Positions 45,235 through 55,519 are shown, counted from the first letter of the stretch. The stretch: 64,000 nucleotides of DNA from Candidatus Lloydbacteria bacterium RIFCSPHIGHO2_02_FULL_50_18 (GCA_001821395.1 MHLM01000014.1:174381-238380); one strand, 5' to 3'. Numbers and translations are program-made. The notes: a model not told the origin generated them from the sequence alone.

Positions 45235-45993
45235 CTATTTTCTGAGTATGAGAAATCGGATCTGATCGTATTGGTCGAGCCAGAACTCATGTTTCCAGGG
45301 GGTGCCCACCAGGAGCTCTTCGATCCATTCGCGCTGGTGCGCGTCGCATTCGACGTAGAATGTACCGCCCTCGTTCAGGAATTTCCTGCCTTCATTGATG
45401 ATGATCTTGACATAGTCGAGACCGCGGTCGCCGGCAAAGAGCGAGAGGTGGGGTTCGAAGTTGATGACGCTTTCGTCCATTTCAGGAATCGCCTTCGGGT
45501 CGATGTACGGGGGATTCGCGAAAATGGCGTCGTAGGTACCCGTGAGCCCCTCCAGAGCATTTCCGGCCCAGCATTTCGCGCGCGATTCATCGATGCCGTT
45601 CAGTCGGACGTTGATGCGCAGTTGCTCCGTCAATTTCGGATCGAATTCACTGATGTCGACCGTGGCATTCGGGAGGTGCTTCAGGAGCGCGACGCCGATG
45701 CATCCGGAGCCGGAAAAGGTGTCTGCGAGGCGAAGCATCGGCTTTCCGAGCGCCGTGAGTTCCGCGACCGCGCGTTCGACCCAGAATTCCGTTTCCGGGC
45801 GGGGGATCATGGGATGCAGCGAGACGTCAATCTTGCAGTCGTAAAAAGGTATCCAGCCGATGACGTAAGCAAGCGGTTCGCCCTTCTTGAGACGCAGGAC
45901 ATCCGCCTCGAATTCAGGGGTTTCTTTGCCGTTGTATTTTTCCCTGAGCAGCCATTCAACTTCCTTTGAATCAAGCGGTGGTATCATCGCCAC
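45235..45993 (-). CDS. prmC: release factor glutamine N5-methyltransferase PrmC (HemK)
   Basis: 'FANPPYI' NPPY motif, 'VLDLFSGSGCIG'-like SAM motif ('ADTFSGSGCIGV'). Confidence 0.85.
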   Translation of the reverse strand: MAMIPPLDSKEVEWLLREKYNGKETPEFEADVLRLKKGEPLAYVIGWIPFYDCKIDVSLHPMIPRPETEFWVERAVAELTALGKPMLRLADTFSGSGCIGVALLKHLPNATVDISEFDPKLTEQLRINVRLNGIDESRAKCWAGNALEGLTGTYDAIFANPPYIDPKAIPEMDESVINFEPHLSLFAGDRGLDYVKIIINEGRKFLNEGGTFYVECDAHQREWIEELLVGTPWKHEFWLDQYDQIRFLILRK

Positions 45994-46052
45994 AGTCTAG
46001 CGATTTATCACACTTTTGCAAACGCGCGGCGTATGGCTATACTGCTGTGTAC

Positions 46053-46124
46053 GTCCTTGTCGTTCAATGGATAGGATATCTCCCTCCGAAGGAGATGATG
46101 CTGGTTCGATTCCAGCCAAGGGCA
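46053..46124 (+). tRNA. tRNA-Arg (anticodon CCG)
   Basis: Manual cloverleaf: acceptor gtccttg/caagggc (one G-U), D-arm gttc-aatggata-ggat, anticodon stem tctcc/ggaga with loop cTCCGaa (U33, CCG, A37), T-arm gctgg-ttcgatt-ccagc, discriminator A. CCA not encoded. Confidence 0.85.
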
Positions 46125-46201
46125 CTATTGTTGCGTTGCATTTTTGTATAGCTTCGCTTAGTATCGGGTAAGCTTGTACAAAGAACACTCAGGAGTGGGA
46201 C

Positions 46202-46807
46202 GTGAAAAGAACGAAACCGGTATTTGGAGTTGACGTTGATGACACGCTCATCCATTGCGCTGCGGCGATGTGTGCCTATTTGAACAGGGTGCATGGCTAT
46301 ACGATCGAGAAGAGTGACATGACAACTTTTTATTTCGGTGACCTACTTGGATTAAGCCGTCAGGAAGCACGCGCCATGATCTACCCGTTCCACTTTTCGA
46401 AAGAGCACGAGAACATCAGTCCGATCAGCGGCGCACATGAGGCGCTCTCCACGTTGTCGTTGCGTTACACGCCAATTGCGATCACTGCGCGATCCCCAAC
46501 TACGCGTATTCCGACCGTTACGCTTGTCGAGCGGCACTTTCCCGGGATCTTCAAAGAAGTGCTTTTTACCGGCTATGTTCCGGGGCAACCGTATCGCTCA
46601 AAGGGTGATGTCTGTGCAGATCTCGGGGTAGCATTCATGGTTGAAGACGCCTTGCACAATGCCGTGTCTGTCGGCGAAAGGGGAATCACTGTTTATCTTC
46701 TTGATACCCCGTGGAATCAGGGGGCACTTCCTCCGAATACGATCCGCGTCGCTTGCTGGGATGATATCGTGAGGCATGTGACGGACGGTGCTCTGTGCAG
46801 AAAATAA
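46202..46807 (+). CDS. HAD-superfamily hydrolase (5'(3')-deoxyribonucleotidase-like)
   Basis: GTG start after a GGAGTGGG RBS. 'FGVDVDDTL' DxDxT motif. Confidence 0.6.
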   Translation: MKRTKPVFGVDVDDTLIHCAAAMCAYLNRVHGYTIEKSDMTTFYFGDLLGLSRQEARAMIYPFHFSKEHENISPISGAHEALSTLSLRYTPIAITARSPTTRIPTVTLVERHFPGIFKEVLFTGYVPGQPYRSKGDVCADLGVAFMVEDALHNAVSVGERGITVYLLDTPWNQGALPPNTIRVACWDDIVRHVTDGALCRK

Positions 46808-46847
46808 AAAAGAAATAGCCGCGTGAGACACGCGGCTTTTTATTTCT
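46808..46847. terminator. bidirectional terminator
   Basis: Stem agccgcgtg/cacgcggct with loop aga, A-run before and T-run after. Confidence 0.7.
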
Positions 46848-46867
46848 TGTTCTCTTTCGGGTGAGCA

Positions 46868-47332
46868 TCACCGCGTCTGTTCGGTGACGTATTTCCACAT
46901 CACGATGTCTCCGGGTTTGAGGTAGTACTTACTCGCAATGCGCGGCTCGTAGGTATTATTGATCCAGTACTGCCATCGTACGGTCGAGGTGCCCTTGGTC
47001 GTATTTGCAAAGCCGTCGATCGATGCGACGTAACGATCGTTGTTCATATTATTCTTTGTGAGCAGGACGATCTCTTTTGCCGATGCAACTGTCTCGAGAA
47101 GATTTAATACGGACATCGATTCATGCCACGAGATCGTGTTCCACGTTCTGATGGTACCGTCGCCATGGTCAATCATCAGGTTGACCGAGCTCATTGCCGC
47201 GGGCGTATCTGGGGTGCCTTCACGGACGACGACTGTTTCTTTGTGAAAAAATGCTCCAATCAAGACACCGGAAAGTATCGAGAGGATCGTAACGGCAATG
47301 ATCAATTTTGAACGGAGTAATCGCTGTTTCAT
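46868..47332 (-). CDS. DUF4430-domain protein (transcobalamin-like fold), membrane-anchored
   Basis: Start at MKQRLLRSKLII (TM). C-terminal 'WQYWINNTYEPRIASKYYLKPGDIVMWKY' resembles the DUF4430 signature. Confidence 0.55.
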   Translation of the reverse strand: MKQRLLRSKLIIAVTILSILSGVLIGAFFHKETVVVREGTPDTPAAMSSVNLMIDHGDGTIRTWNTISWHESMSVLNLLETVASAKEIVLLTKNNMNNDRYVASIDGFANTTKGTSTVRWQYWINNTYEPRIASKYYLKPGDIVMWKYVTEQTR

Positions 47333-47406
47333 ATATGTCGGTAAGTTGATTCTATCCCGTACACAAGTAGTGATGCAAGGAGTATAATATCGGAAACGAC
47401 AGCACC

Positions 47407-48114
47407 ATGAGACGTATTGAACGAAATGATGAACGCGGAACAAGTGACCTCGGATGGCTGCTTTCGCGCTTCTCCTATAGTTTTGCGGAGTACGAAAATT
47501 CCTCTCGTATGGGTTTCGGAGCATTGCGCGTGGTGAATGATGACACGATAGCGCCGCAAAAAGGTTTTCCATTGCATCATCATGAACAGATGGAGATCGT
47601 GACGATCATGCTTGAGGGAACCCTCACGCATCACGATACATTAGGGAATACTAAAGACCTGAAAGAGGGAGAAGTGCAAACCATGACTGCCGGTACCGGG
47701 GTAAGCCATGGTGAATGGAATAATGACAAAACAACTCCGGCAAAGTTGCTTCAGGTGTGGATATACCCCAAAGAGCGCTCTTTGGTGCCCCGCTATACGC
47801 AGATGAAATTTGATGAGACTGGTCGACATAATATTTTTCAAATATTGGCGTGTGGAGAACACCGGGATGGGATGCTTTTTGTGCATCAAGACGTGACCTT
47901 AGCTCGTGTGCTCATCGAGGGTGGGAGGTCGGCTTCCTATACGCTTGCAAACCCCATGCACGGAGTATTTGTCTTTGTCGTCAGTGGAAAGGTGGAGGTC
48001 GGTACCGATATGCTTTCGAGCAGGGATTCAATGGAGGTCACCCAAGAAGAAAAACTGACCTTCAATGCACAAGAACGATCTGACGTCATCGTGATCGAGG
48101 TCTCAATGGGGTGA
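47407..48114 (+). CDS. pirin family protein (cupin)
   Basis: 'GFPLHHHEQMEIVTIMLEGTLTHHD' metal-binding His cluster typical of pirin. Confidence 0.85.
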   Translation: MRRIERNDERGTSDLGWLLSRFSYSFAEYENSSRMGFGALRVVNDDTIAPQKGFPLHHHEQMEIVTIMLEGTLTHHDTLGNTKDLKEGEVQTMTAGTGVSHGEWNNDKTTPAKLLQVWIYPKERSLVPRYTQMKFDETGRHNIFQILACGEHRDGMLFVHQDVTLARVLIEGGRSASYTLANPMHGVFVFVVSGKVEVGTDMLSSRDSMEVTQEEKLTFNAQERSDVIVIEVSMG

Positions 48115-48160
48115 TCTAAAAAAGAACCCCCGCATTACTGCGAGGGTGTCAATTGTTGAT

Positions 48161-48613
48161 CTATAGATGTGTTGCGACTTGCGCTACGAGAGTTCTTTTT
48201 TGATCAAAAAAATATTTGAATACGTCCACGAGGCCGACAAGATCCTCGTTGACGCTTATGGCTCGGCGCAATTCCTGGAATTCCGTGTCGCTTAAGGAGT
48301 GCTGTCCGATCTGTGCAACGCAGGCGCGAAACACGAATGTTTCGACGAGGCCCTTGTCGAACAATTTCTTGAGGAGCAGATAACGTTCATGCTGAGTCTT
48401 TGCGTGCAAGAGCGCGTCGTTATATTCATGGCGATATCCCAGTGCTTCTGCGCGCTCGATGTACTGCAATTCACTAAACCCTAGGACCGCGCAATTGTGG
48501 CGTACGCTTGCGAGGGATTTTTCCTTTTTGCAGTAGCGCGTCGGGTCAAAATGATGCGCTGCATCTACAGAGGCAAGAAATGAAGGTCGCTTTACAGCGA
48601 GCGTGGTTTGCAT
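48161..48613 (-). CDS. hypothetical protein
   Basis: 150 aa, no confident family. Confidence 0.4.
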   Translation of the reverse strand: MQTTLAVKRPSFLASVDAAHHFDPTRYCKKEKSLASVRHNCAVLGFSELQYIERAEALGYRHEYNDALLHAKTQHERYLLLKKLFDKGLVETFVFRACVAQIGQHSLSDTEFQELRRAISVNEDLVGLVDVFKYFFDQKRTLVAQVATHL

Positions 48614-48689
48614 ATTTTCTCCTTGATTGGAACAGTTTTTCCTTCTGCAAACTACACTATATTTTTATTTTGTCAAAGGCAGCTCCGGC

Positions 48690-49205
48690 CTATTGGAGTA
48701 AAACGGGGATTGCGATCGAGTCGTCATACTCTGGTAGACCGGAGGGATTGTCGCGTTTCAGGATGAGTACTCCGCTTGTTGCGACGGTGCTCGTGCTCGA
48801 CCAAGTGAGGATAGTGTTGAAGGGAACGAAGTCGTCGGTCATCCAGTCTCCTTGTGCTTGTGCGGGGACCTGTGCAAGCGTGACACCATTCGCATCAACA
48901 AGCATGATTGGAAATGATGCTTCAAAATACCAATTGCCGCGCGCATTACCCGAGACAGTCAGCGGACTTCGTGCGATAGTTTCCGGAAGCGGAGTATCGA
49001 CAGTGATCCGCGTCGCAGCAGTTTCCGACGTGACGGGCAAAACGGGTGCGACGGAAGCCACCTCGGTCGTCGTTGTAAGCGGTATATCACTTATGGTCGG
49101 TGCCAATACGATCGGAGCATTCACGGTCGTATAAAGTAGATATCCTAGTGCGGAGAGTACCAGTGTGAGTATTATTCCGCTAAAGATGTATATGCGGTTA
49201 TTCAT
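48690..49205 (-). CDS. Gmad2 immunoglobulin-like domain protein, membrane-anchored
   Basis: Start at MNNRIYIFSGIIL (TM). 'SGNARGNWYFEASFPIMLVDANG...KRDNPSGLPEYDDS' matches the Gmad2/GerM-like Ig domain. Confidence 0.6.
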   Translation of the reverse strand: MNNRIYIFSGIILTLVLSALGYLLYTTVNAPIVLAPTISDIPLTTTTEVASVAPVLPVTSETAATRITVDTPLPETIARSPLTVSGNARGNWYFEASFPIMLVDANGVTLAQVPAQAQGDWMTDDFVPFNTILTWSSTSTVATSGVLILKRDNPSGLPEYDDSIAIPVLLQ

Positions 49206-49309
49206 AGTGGAAGTATAGCAGACAGTCGACCGATAAAAAAATAGGGGAATAGAGATGTTTGTACGGGAATAAAAAGCACCCTCCATGGGAAGGCGCATTT
49301 ATCGAATGA

Positions 49310-49804
49310 TCAGTTTGGTTGGATCTCCCAATCCCCAGTGCGGGGATTTCTACACGCAACACCGCGAGTTGTCGCAACTTCAGAGCGTCCGTCCATCTTC
49401 ACAATAACTTCTTGCGTGAATGACTTGCAGTTTCGATCGTACCCCCTTGGCGCGGGTGCTGGATACACGTTGCTTTCGTATTGTCGCGCATCGTGCTCCC
49501 ATTGGTGCGATTGATAGCCGTTGGTCGGACCATTGAGTCCAGAGCGCAGCGTTTCCTCGGTTTGACGATGGTCTTCTGCATCCATCGATCTCCCGACGGA
49601 CGATCCTGCCCATGCGCCCGCAAGCGCGCCCGCAATAGTGAAGATCGTTTTACCGTTTCCACCGCCGAATTGACTACCGACAACTCCACCGACGACCGCA
49701 CCAAGGACGGTGCCAACATCCTGTTTAGAGGGATTGGTGACGCAACCGGTAGTTGCAAATAGCAGTGCCGATACGGAAAGTGCGGCGCACAAAGTCTTTT
49801 TCAT
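49310..49804 (-). CDS. lipoprotein with glycine-zipper (17-kDa-antigen/SlyB-like) domain
   Basis: Lipobox 'LFATTGC', 'GAVVGGVVGSQFGGGNG...AGALAGAWAGSSVG' glycine zipper, and a C-terminal Cys-containing domain. Confidence 0.6.
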   Translation of the reverse strand: MKKTLCAALSVSALLFATTGCVTNPSKQDVGTVLGAVVGGVVGSQFGGGNGKTIFTIAGALAGAWAGSSVGRSMDAEDHRQTEETLRSGLNGPTNGYQSHQWEHDARQYESNVYPAPAPRGYDRNCKSFTQEVIVKMDGRSEVATTRGVACRNPRTGDWEIQPN

Positions 49805-49959
49805 GAGTTCTCCTTTTGGTGATGCAAGGTATTTTCCGAAGATACTATATCATTTTTTTGCGTGGAGGCAAGCTTTTATCATTAGTATGTTTTTGTGTTT
49901 GTGGGGCGTCAGTATTATCGGTATACTTGGAGTATTACTTTGAGTAATTAATTTTTTTT

Positions 49960-50322
49960 ATGAGATATACCATCAAAGCGACGAACATCGAGCACACTAA
50001 CGCCATCGATTCTTATATTGGGAAAAGCATGCTTGAACTCGAGCGAACCCTTGAACCAAAAGAAAAGAGTGAGATCGCTCGCCTTGATGTTGGCATGACG
50101 TCAAAGCATCACAAAGAGGGAAAAGAAATTTATTACGCGGAGATAACTTTTCACGTCAAGAAAAAGGATTTTCGCGCCGAGGCAAAGGCGGGAAATCTTT
50201 ATGCTGCGATTGATAAGATAAAAACAATGATCATTCGCGACGTGAAGCGCCACCATACGCAAATGCGTGCCTTACAGAAAAAAGGTGCACGTGAATATAA
50301 GAGCCGTATCAGTAAGGTATAG
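49960..50322 (+). CDS. hpf: ribosome hibernation promoting factor (HPF/RaiA family)
   Basis: 120 aa. 'IKATNIEHTNAIDSYI' and the beta-alpha-beta-beta-beta-alpha pattern are typical of the sigma-54 modulation protein family. Confidence 0.7.
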   Translation: MRYTIKATNIEHTNAIDSYIGKSMLELERTLEPKEKSEIARLDVGMTSKHHKEGKEIYYAEITFHVKKKDFRAEAKAGNLYAAIDKIKTMIIRDVKRHHTQMRALQKKGAREYKSRISKV

Positions 50323-50328
50323 ACTGCC

Positions 50329-50961
50329 ATGTTCATCCGAAAGCTTACGCTCGATGAGGTTGTGTATTGGGGTATACTCTTTTTCGCCTCTATCGCGGCA
50401 GGGTACACGCTCATTACGCTCATTCATATATCCTTGCGCGAGGAAACTGCTTTTTCGCAAACGACATACATGAAAAGTATGGCAAAGTTCGTGATCGTTG
50501 AAACATCATTCGGGGAGATCCGCATTGCACTGCTTCGTTCGCAGGCACCGGTCACATCGAATAATTTCGTTTCCTTAGTACAGGCGGGGTTCTATGACAA
50601 CATAAAGTTTCACCGCGTCGTGAAAGGAATGCTTGTACAGGGTGGAGATCCGCTTTCTCGCGAAAATGACCGCGATCTTTACGGCACCGGAGGACCGGGT
50701 TATGTTTTTGATGACGAGATACGTGGTCAACAAATGGAGCGTGGTGTCGTGGCGATGGCGAATCTCGGAAGGCCAAAAACGAACGGAAGCCAGTTCTTTA
50801 TTCTTGTCGCGCCCGATGCTCCGCTTATGGCCGGCAAGTATACGATTTTTGGGAAAGTCGTTTCAGGTATGGATGTTGTTGATCGTATCAATAGTGTTAC
50901 CGTCGACGCACGCAATATTCCCATTGACCCGGTAGTCATCCATTCAATGGATGCCGAATAA
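50329..50961 (+). CDS. peptidyl-prolyl cis-trans isomerase, cyclophilin type (second copy), membrane-anchored
   Basis: 'FHRVVKGMLVQGGDP', 'GTGGPGYVFDDE', 'VAMANLGRPKTNGSQFFI'. Confidence 0.85.
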   Translation: MFIRKLTLDEVVYWGILFFASIAAGYTLITLIHISLREETAFSQTTYMKSMAKFVIVETSFGEIRIALLRSQAPVTSNNFVSLVQAGFYDNIKFHRVVKGMLVQGGDPLSRENDRDLYGTGGPGYVFDDEIRGQQMERGVVAMANLGRPKTNGSQFFILVAPDAPLMAGKYTIFGKVVSGMDVVDRINSVTVDARNIPIDPVVIHSMDAE

Positions 50962-51002
50962 AAGTGTTGAGGGTCCCGCATACTTCATTACATCAGGGTC
51001 GT

Positions 51003-51908
51003 TCAGTGAATGCGAGATATTTTTTGTTGGTCACCCCTCCGAAAATCTTCGTATGACATTTCTTTTTTACCCTCCGGTGTGACGCGTGTGATCGTGAGCA
51101 CTCCGTTCTCGATGGTGGCGTCATTGATACGGACGCGAATATTCTTTCCGTTCCGGACGGTAGTGAAAAAGGCGCCCGGCCATTCATCAAAGGCGCGGAT
51201 CTTTTTATAATTCTTGAGCGGATCTTCAGTAAGATCGATAAGGCCGTCTTCTTTTTTTATCTTCGCGGTGAATGTTGCTTGCGCATGGTCCTGCTCGTGC
51301 GCCCTAGGTTCATTCATCCATTCGGGGATGGTTTTCGCGAGGAGTGCCCCGCCAAAATGGGCGAGGTCGCGCGTGAGCATACTTCCTCTTGGCGGCCAAT
51401 CTGTGACGATCCGTTCTCGTTGCGCCACGATCGGGCCGTGGTCCATTTCGGGGTCGAGTTGCATGATCGTGACTCCGGTGTGCCCACCTGAATGCGTACA
51501 CGCGTGGGCAGGAGTTTCATCGGAGAGGATGACAGACTCGATCGGGGATGGTCCGCGAAATTTCGGCAGGAGCGACGGGTGGACATTGAGCACGCCATGG
51601 GCGGGGATGTCGAGGATCGTCTTTGGGATCAATTTTCCGTATGCCGCAACAATAAAAAGGTCAGAGTGATACCACTCCATGATCTCCTTGAATGCCTCGT
51701 CGCGTAATGTTTTTGGTGTGAGTACTGGAATTTCGCGTGTTTCTCCCCATACTTTTGCTTCGCTTGACGTAAGAATCAGCTTGCGGCCCCTGGGTGCATC
51801 GGGAGAGGTGACGATCACGGTCGGTAAAAAACCCTTCTCGGCGAGTTCCTCGAGAATGATCACTGCAAACTCTGGCGTTCCAAAGAATGCAAAGCGCGGT
51901 TTCATCAT
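51003..51908 (-). CDS. fmt: methionyl-tRNA formyltransferase
   Basis: 'FFGTPEFAV', 'NVHPSLLPKFRGPSPI' SLLP motif, C-terminal Fmt domain. Confidence 0.9.
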   Translation of the reverse strand: MMKPRFAFFGTPEFAVIILEELAEKGFLPTVIVTSPDAPRGRKLILTSSEAKVWGETREIPVLTPKTLRDEAFKEIMEWYHSDLFIVAAYGKLIPKTILDIPAHGVLNVHPSLLPKFRGPSPIESVILSDETPAHACTHSGGHTGVTIMQLDPEMDHGPIVAQRERIVTDWPPRGSMLTRDLAHFGGALLAKTIPEWMNEPRAHEQDHAQATFTAKIKKEDGLIDLTEDPLKNYKKIRAFDEWPGAFFTTVRNGKNIRVRINDATIENGVLTITRVTPEGKKEMSYEDFRRGDQQKISRIH

Positions 51909-51909
51909 G

Positions 51910-52512
51910 TTATCGCTTACCGCTTTTTGCTTGTATCTCGGCGATCTCTTTTGGGGTCAGCTCTTCGATCTCGGTGGCATGGTCGACAAAGAGGGTACCA
52001 TTGAGGTGGTCCGTCTCATGCTGGAATATTTGCGCGACCAGTCCGGAGCCTCCATAGGTAAAGACCTTGCCGTATTCATCGTACGCGCGGATCATCGCTT
52101 TTTCATGACGTAGCGTGTTGCCATAATACCAACGCACCGAAAGGCATCCCTCAGGGACTTTTACTTTTTTACGGGATACTTTGATGATCTCCGGATTGAT
52201 GCAGACCATGTTCTTTTCCGGCATCACGGGTGCATCCACTTCCGTATCTTCCGCCTTTATCTTTCCATCTTCGTTTATCGCAAAGGCTTTTCGTGAAACG
52301 ATGAAAATGCGCAGCGACACCCCGATCTGTGGGGCAGCAATGGCAACACCGTCAAATTCCGCCTCAAGCGCGGAATTCATCGCATCAAGAATGTTGTTTA
52401 GCTGTTTCGTTCCGAATTCACTCTTCGCGACAGACGCCGCATGTGCACGAAGCACGGGGTCTCCCTGCTGAACGATATCACTTGCAACATTTTTATTGTT
52501 ACTTTCTTTCAT
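51910..52512 (-). CDS. def: peptide deformylase
   Basis: 'GVAIAAPQIG' (motif 1), 'EGCLS' (motif 2), 'HETDHLNG' (motif 3). Stop abuts the fmt start. Confidence 0.9.
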   Translation of the reverse strand: MKESNNKNVASDIVQQGDPVLRAHAASVAKSEFGTKQLNNILDAMNSALEAEFDGVAIAAPQIGVSLRIFIVSRKAFAINEDGKIKAEDTEVDAPVMPEKNMVCINPEIIKVSRKKVKVPEGCLSVRWYYGNTLRHEKAMIRAYDEYGKVFTYGGSGLVAQIFQHETDHLNGTLFVDHATEIEELTPKEIAEIQAKSGKR

Positions 52513-52708
52513 GGCCTTATTTTACTCGTTTTTTACTCTTCCGCCAGCACCATTTTGGCATATCTCGGCTTTAGGAAAATTGGATACAGCGTGAGGCCGC
52601 AGACTTTGCAATGCCCAGAAGGCGTACATGCAGTACGTTGAAGAGGGCTTGCAGGGTCGAGAACGAAGCGATGTGCCAAATTTACAAAGCCCGTTAAGGT
52701 CACGGCTC

Positions 52709-54640
52709 CTAAATCACTGATTCGGGATTGACCCTAACCTCGATCTCGGTCGGAAGCGCTCGAATGAGACCGAGCAGTTCTTCATCAGGCCATCCGCCTG
52801 CCTGCCCTGGCAGGCCTCGCGGGATCTTAAGGAGCGCATTCATTCGGAACTTGCCTTTTACGCGCGCGATGAAAGAAGGAAAAGTGACCGGGTGGTACGC
52901 ACCGAATATTTTTTCGATCTCCTGCATAGCCACTTCCCCCTCACCCTTTTTGCCTTCATGGGTAAATTTGATCAGGGTCGAAAATGGCGGATAGTGCAAT
53001 TGGTTGCGCGCATCGAGCTCTGTGCGAAGAAATTCACCGATATTTCCCGATGTCGCAAGTTCGAACAGCGGCACATCGGTATCGCGTGTTTGAATGAGAA
53101 AATGCTCGCTCGCTTTTTCGCGCAGAAGGAGGAGTAATCTGAAGACGCGTTCGCCCATGCGAAAGTCGGGAATAGTGAGCAGGGAATTGACCGAGAGAAC
53201 GGCGACGGTCGCGACGGGTTCCGTAAGATAGGGGATAGCCATCTCAGTGCCGATGAGAATACTCCCCGGAGTTTGGTAGAACTCGCGCATGATGCGTAGT
53301 GCATCAGCGTGTTTTTTGACGACGTCTTTGTCTATGCGAAAGATGTGCGCATCGGGGAATCGGTTGCGAATGGATTCCTCCGCTTGTGCAACGCCGATGC
53401 CGAGCGGCGTGAGTCTCCACCCGCCGCAGTGCGTACACACACGATCCGTATCTCGTTCGTATCCACAGCGATGGCAGAGAAAGATATTGTGTTCGCCATC
53501 GCCGTCTTTTTGAGAACCGTTCTTTTTATGGAGCACCATCGGTGCCGAGCAGCGTTCACAGGAAACCACCGTCGCACAATCGCCGCATACGGTCATCGGC
53601 GCGAATCCGCGTCGCACACCCATGACGAAACAGTGCTTACCCTTCTTCTGCACGTCTTCAATGAGATCGACGAGTTCCGGAGAGGCGATAGCGATGCGAC
53701 CGGTCGCGGGCTGCTCACCGAGCGTGCGCATGTCGACGATGTGCTGCGCGGCGGTCGATGGGAGTCGATATTTGGGACGCACGAATTCCTCGAGCTCGCC
53801 CCGTTCCTTCCTATAGAGCGTTTCCGTGCGCAGAAAGAGGTCGCCATAGATAATATCCGCTCCGATCGCCTTTGCGAATTCCTCGGCAAACACACGTAAG
53901 TCGAGAAATGGTCTCGACTGAAGCGTATATGCGCCCGCACTTTCCCGGTCAAGGATGATGCTTTCGATATCATAACGCGGTATCGACAGAAAAAGCGGTG
54001 TCCCTATGATGAGCACGGGGTGGGTCATCGTGGTGATCTTTTCCCATCGTGACTCGAGCTCTTTCTTTGTCAGTCCTCCGTGCAGGATGAATGTATATTC
54101 TTTGATGCCTTTTTCGAGTGAGGCATAGGTGTGTTCAATGTCCTGAATTGACGGTAGCACAAAATAACATGATGCTCCGCGCGCGAACACTTCGCGGATA
54201 TGACTTTTGTATGTGGTGTACCGTTCATGTTCGTCCGCCTGAAAGATCATTCGTTCGCTTCTGCGTTTTGGTCTCTCTGTTGCTGGAACGTTCGCACCTG
54301 CTTTTTTTGAAAGGACCAGCGCGCTCGGGAACGCCGAGTGGATCACGGCGCCTGTCGATGCGGCGAAATATCTTCCGGTCTTCTCGCACGCCTCGATGAA
54401 CTCCTTGCGAAAGAAATTCTTGGCATGCACGCTGTCGAGTTTTTTGATGGCGAATTGTGCGCGCTTGATGTCGGCCTTCATCTCATGTGCGGGGGCACAG
54501 CGGATCACGAGTGCCGGAGTGAGTCTGCCGCGCATCGGCACCGTGACGAGTGCACCTGGCAACACTTCATCTTTTGTGAAGTAGGAAAGCTCATCAATGG
54601 GTATTCCTCGCTTTATTGGTGCAACCGTAATGATATACAT
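52709..54640 (-). CDS. priA: primosomal protein N' (PriA) homolog lacking canonical Walker A/B
   Basis: N-terminal 3'-DNA-binding and winged-helix region, and the Cys-rich Zn-binding region (CGDC...CERC...CHRCG...CTHCGG), are conserved. The position expected for GxGKT reads 'QADEHERYTTY', and the DExH position reads 'ILDRES'. Confidence 0.8.
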   Translation of the reverse strand: MYIITVAPIKRGIPIDELSYFTKDEVLPGALVTVPMRGRLTPALVIRCAPAHEMKADIKRAQFAIKKLDSVHAKNFFRKEFIEACEKTGRYFAASTGAVIHSAFPSALVLSKKAGANVPATERPKRRSERMIFQADEHERYTTYKSHIREVFARGASCYFVLPSIQDIEHTYASLEKGIKEYTFILHGGLTKKELESRWEKITTMTHPVLIIGTPLFLSIPRYDIESIILDRESAGAYTLQSRPFLDLRVFAEEFAKAIGADIIYGDLFLRTETLYRKERGELEEFVRPKYRLPSTAAQHIVDMRTLGEQPATGRIAIASPELVDLIEDVQKKGKHCFVMGVRRGFAPMTVCGDCATVVSCERCSAPMVLHKKNGSQKDGDGEHNIFLCHRCGYERDTDRVCTHCGGWRLTPLGIGVAQAEESIRNRFPDAHIFRIDKDVVKKHADALRIMREFYQTPGSILIGTEMAIPYLTEPVATVAVLSVNSLLTIPDFRMGERVFRLLLLLREKASEHFLIQTRDTDVPLFELATSGNIGEFLRTELDARNQLHYPPFSTLIKFTHEGKKGEGEVAMQEIEKIFGAYHPVTFPSFIARVKGKFRMNALLKIPRGLPGQAGGWPDEELLGLIRALPTEIEVRVNPESVI

Positions 54641-54778
54641 TCCATTATTCTAACACGGATGTCGCAGGCTACCCCTGCAATAACTTGCAAAAACCTTCTA
54701 AGCGTGTTATGGTGCGACGGGTTATACAGCCAAGTCCCCGGGCTTCATTACGGGAATATTCTTTGAAAGGAACAGATC

Positions 54779-55519
54779 ATGCAAACGCATGAGACAGACC
54801 ATACTCCGGCTACACCGGAACAGCTTGCGATCCTCACGGGTGAGATCGCTCTTGCAGTTGCGAAAGCAAAGCCATCATTTGCTCGCATTCAGAAACTGCT
54901 TGGGAGTAAGAGTGCAACGCGGAAGAGTATTTCCACTGCCGTACTTTCCGCGCTCGAGATTGACAGTGCCCCAGACCCTCGCCTTGTGAAGAGCCAAAGG
55001 CTTTGGGCGAAGCTTGGGTTACCACTTGATTGCCTCGACGACCTCGTTATGCCGGACATTCCGACCGATTGGGATGGTGTCGCCATCATTCCGGAGGTTT
55101 CGTGCGAAAGGCTCTTCGCTCTTTGCGTGAAGCACTTCCCATCGTGGAAGTACGGCAACAACCTCGATAACTTCAAGGAAGAGCAGAATCGCCCGAGTCG
55201 CGCCTACGCCCTCGGTCATCGTGGTGGCGTCGAGCCTGACGTCCTGCATCGCGGCAAGAGCTACAACCAATGCATCGAGGAAGGACTCATCTTCCTGACG
55301 CAGAAGGAGCGCATCTGTATCGAGCTCCTCCGCTTTGCCGAAACGGGAGAGCATCTCGATGTGGTGGGTCTCACCATCACGTCTTCGCTTGCGGAGGTCG
55401 GCCATGCGTATTACGCGCACTTGGACTCGAGCTTTCGGACGCAAGTGTTTCGCATGGGCTTTTGCCGTCGCATGTGCGCCGATTCGGCGGGCGGACCTCG
55501 TCAAGCAGTTTTTGCTTAA
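54779..55519 (+). CDS. hypothetical protein
   Basis: 246 aa, followed by a strong plus-strand terminator; the overlapping minus-strand ORF was rejected. Confidence 0.45.
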   Translation: MQTHETDHTPATPEQLAILTGEIALAVAKAKPSFARIQKLLGSKSATRKSISTAVLSALEIDSAPDPRLVKSQRLWAKLGLPLDCLDDLVMPDIPTDWDGVAIIPEVSCERLFALCVKHFPSWKYGNNLDNFKEEQNRPSRAYALGHRGGVEPDVLHRGKSYNQCIEEGLIFLTQKERICIELLRFAETGEHLDVVGLTITSSLAEVGHAYYAHLDSSFRTQVFRMGFCRRMCADSAGGPRQAVFA

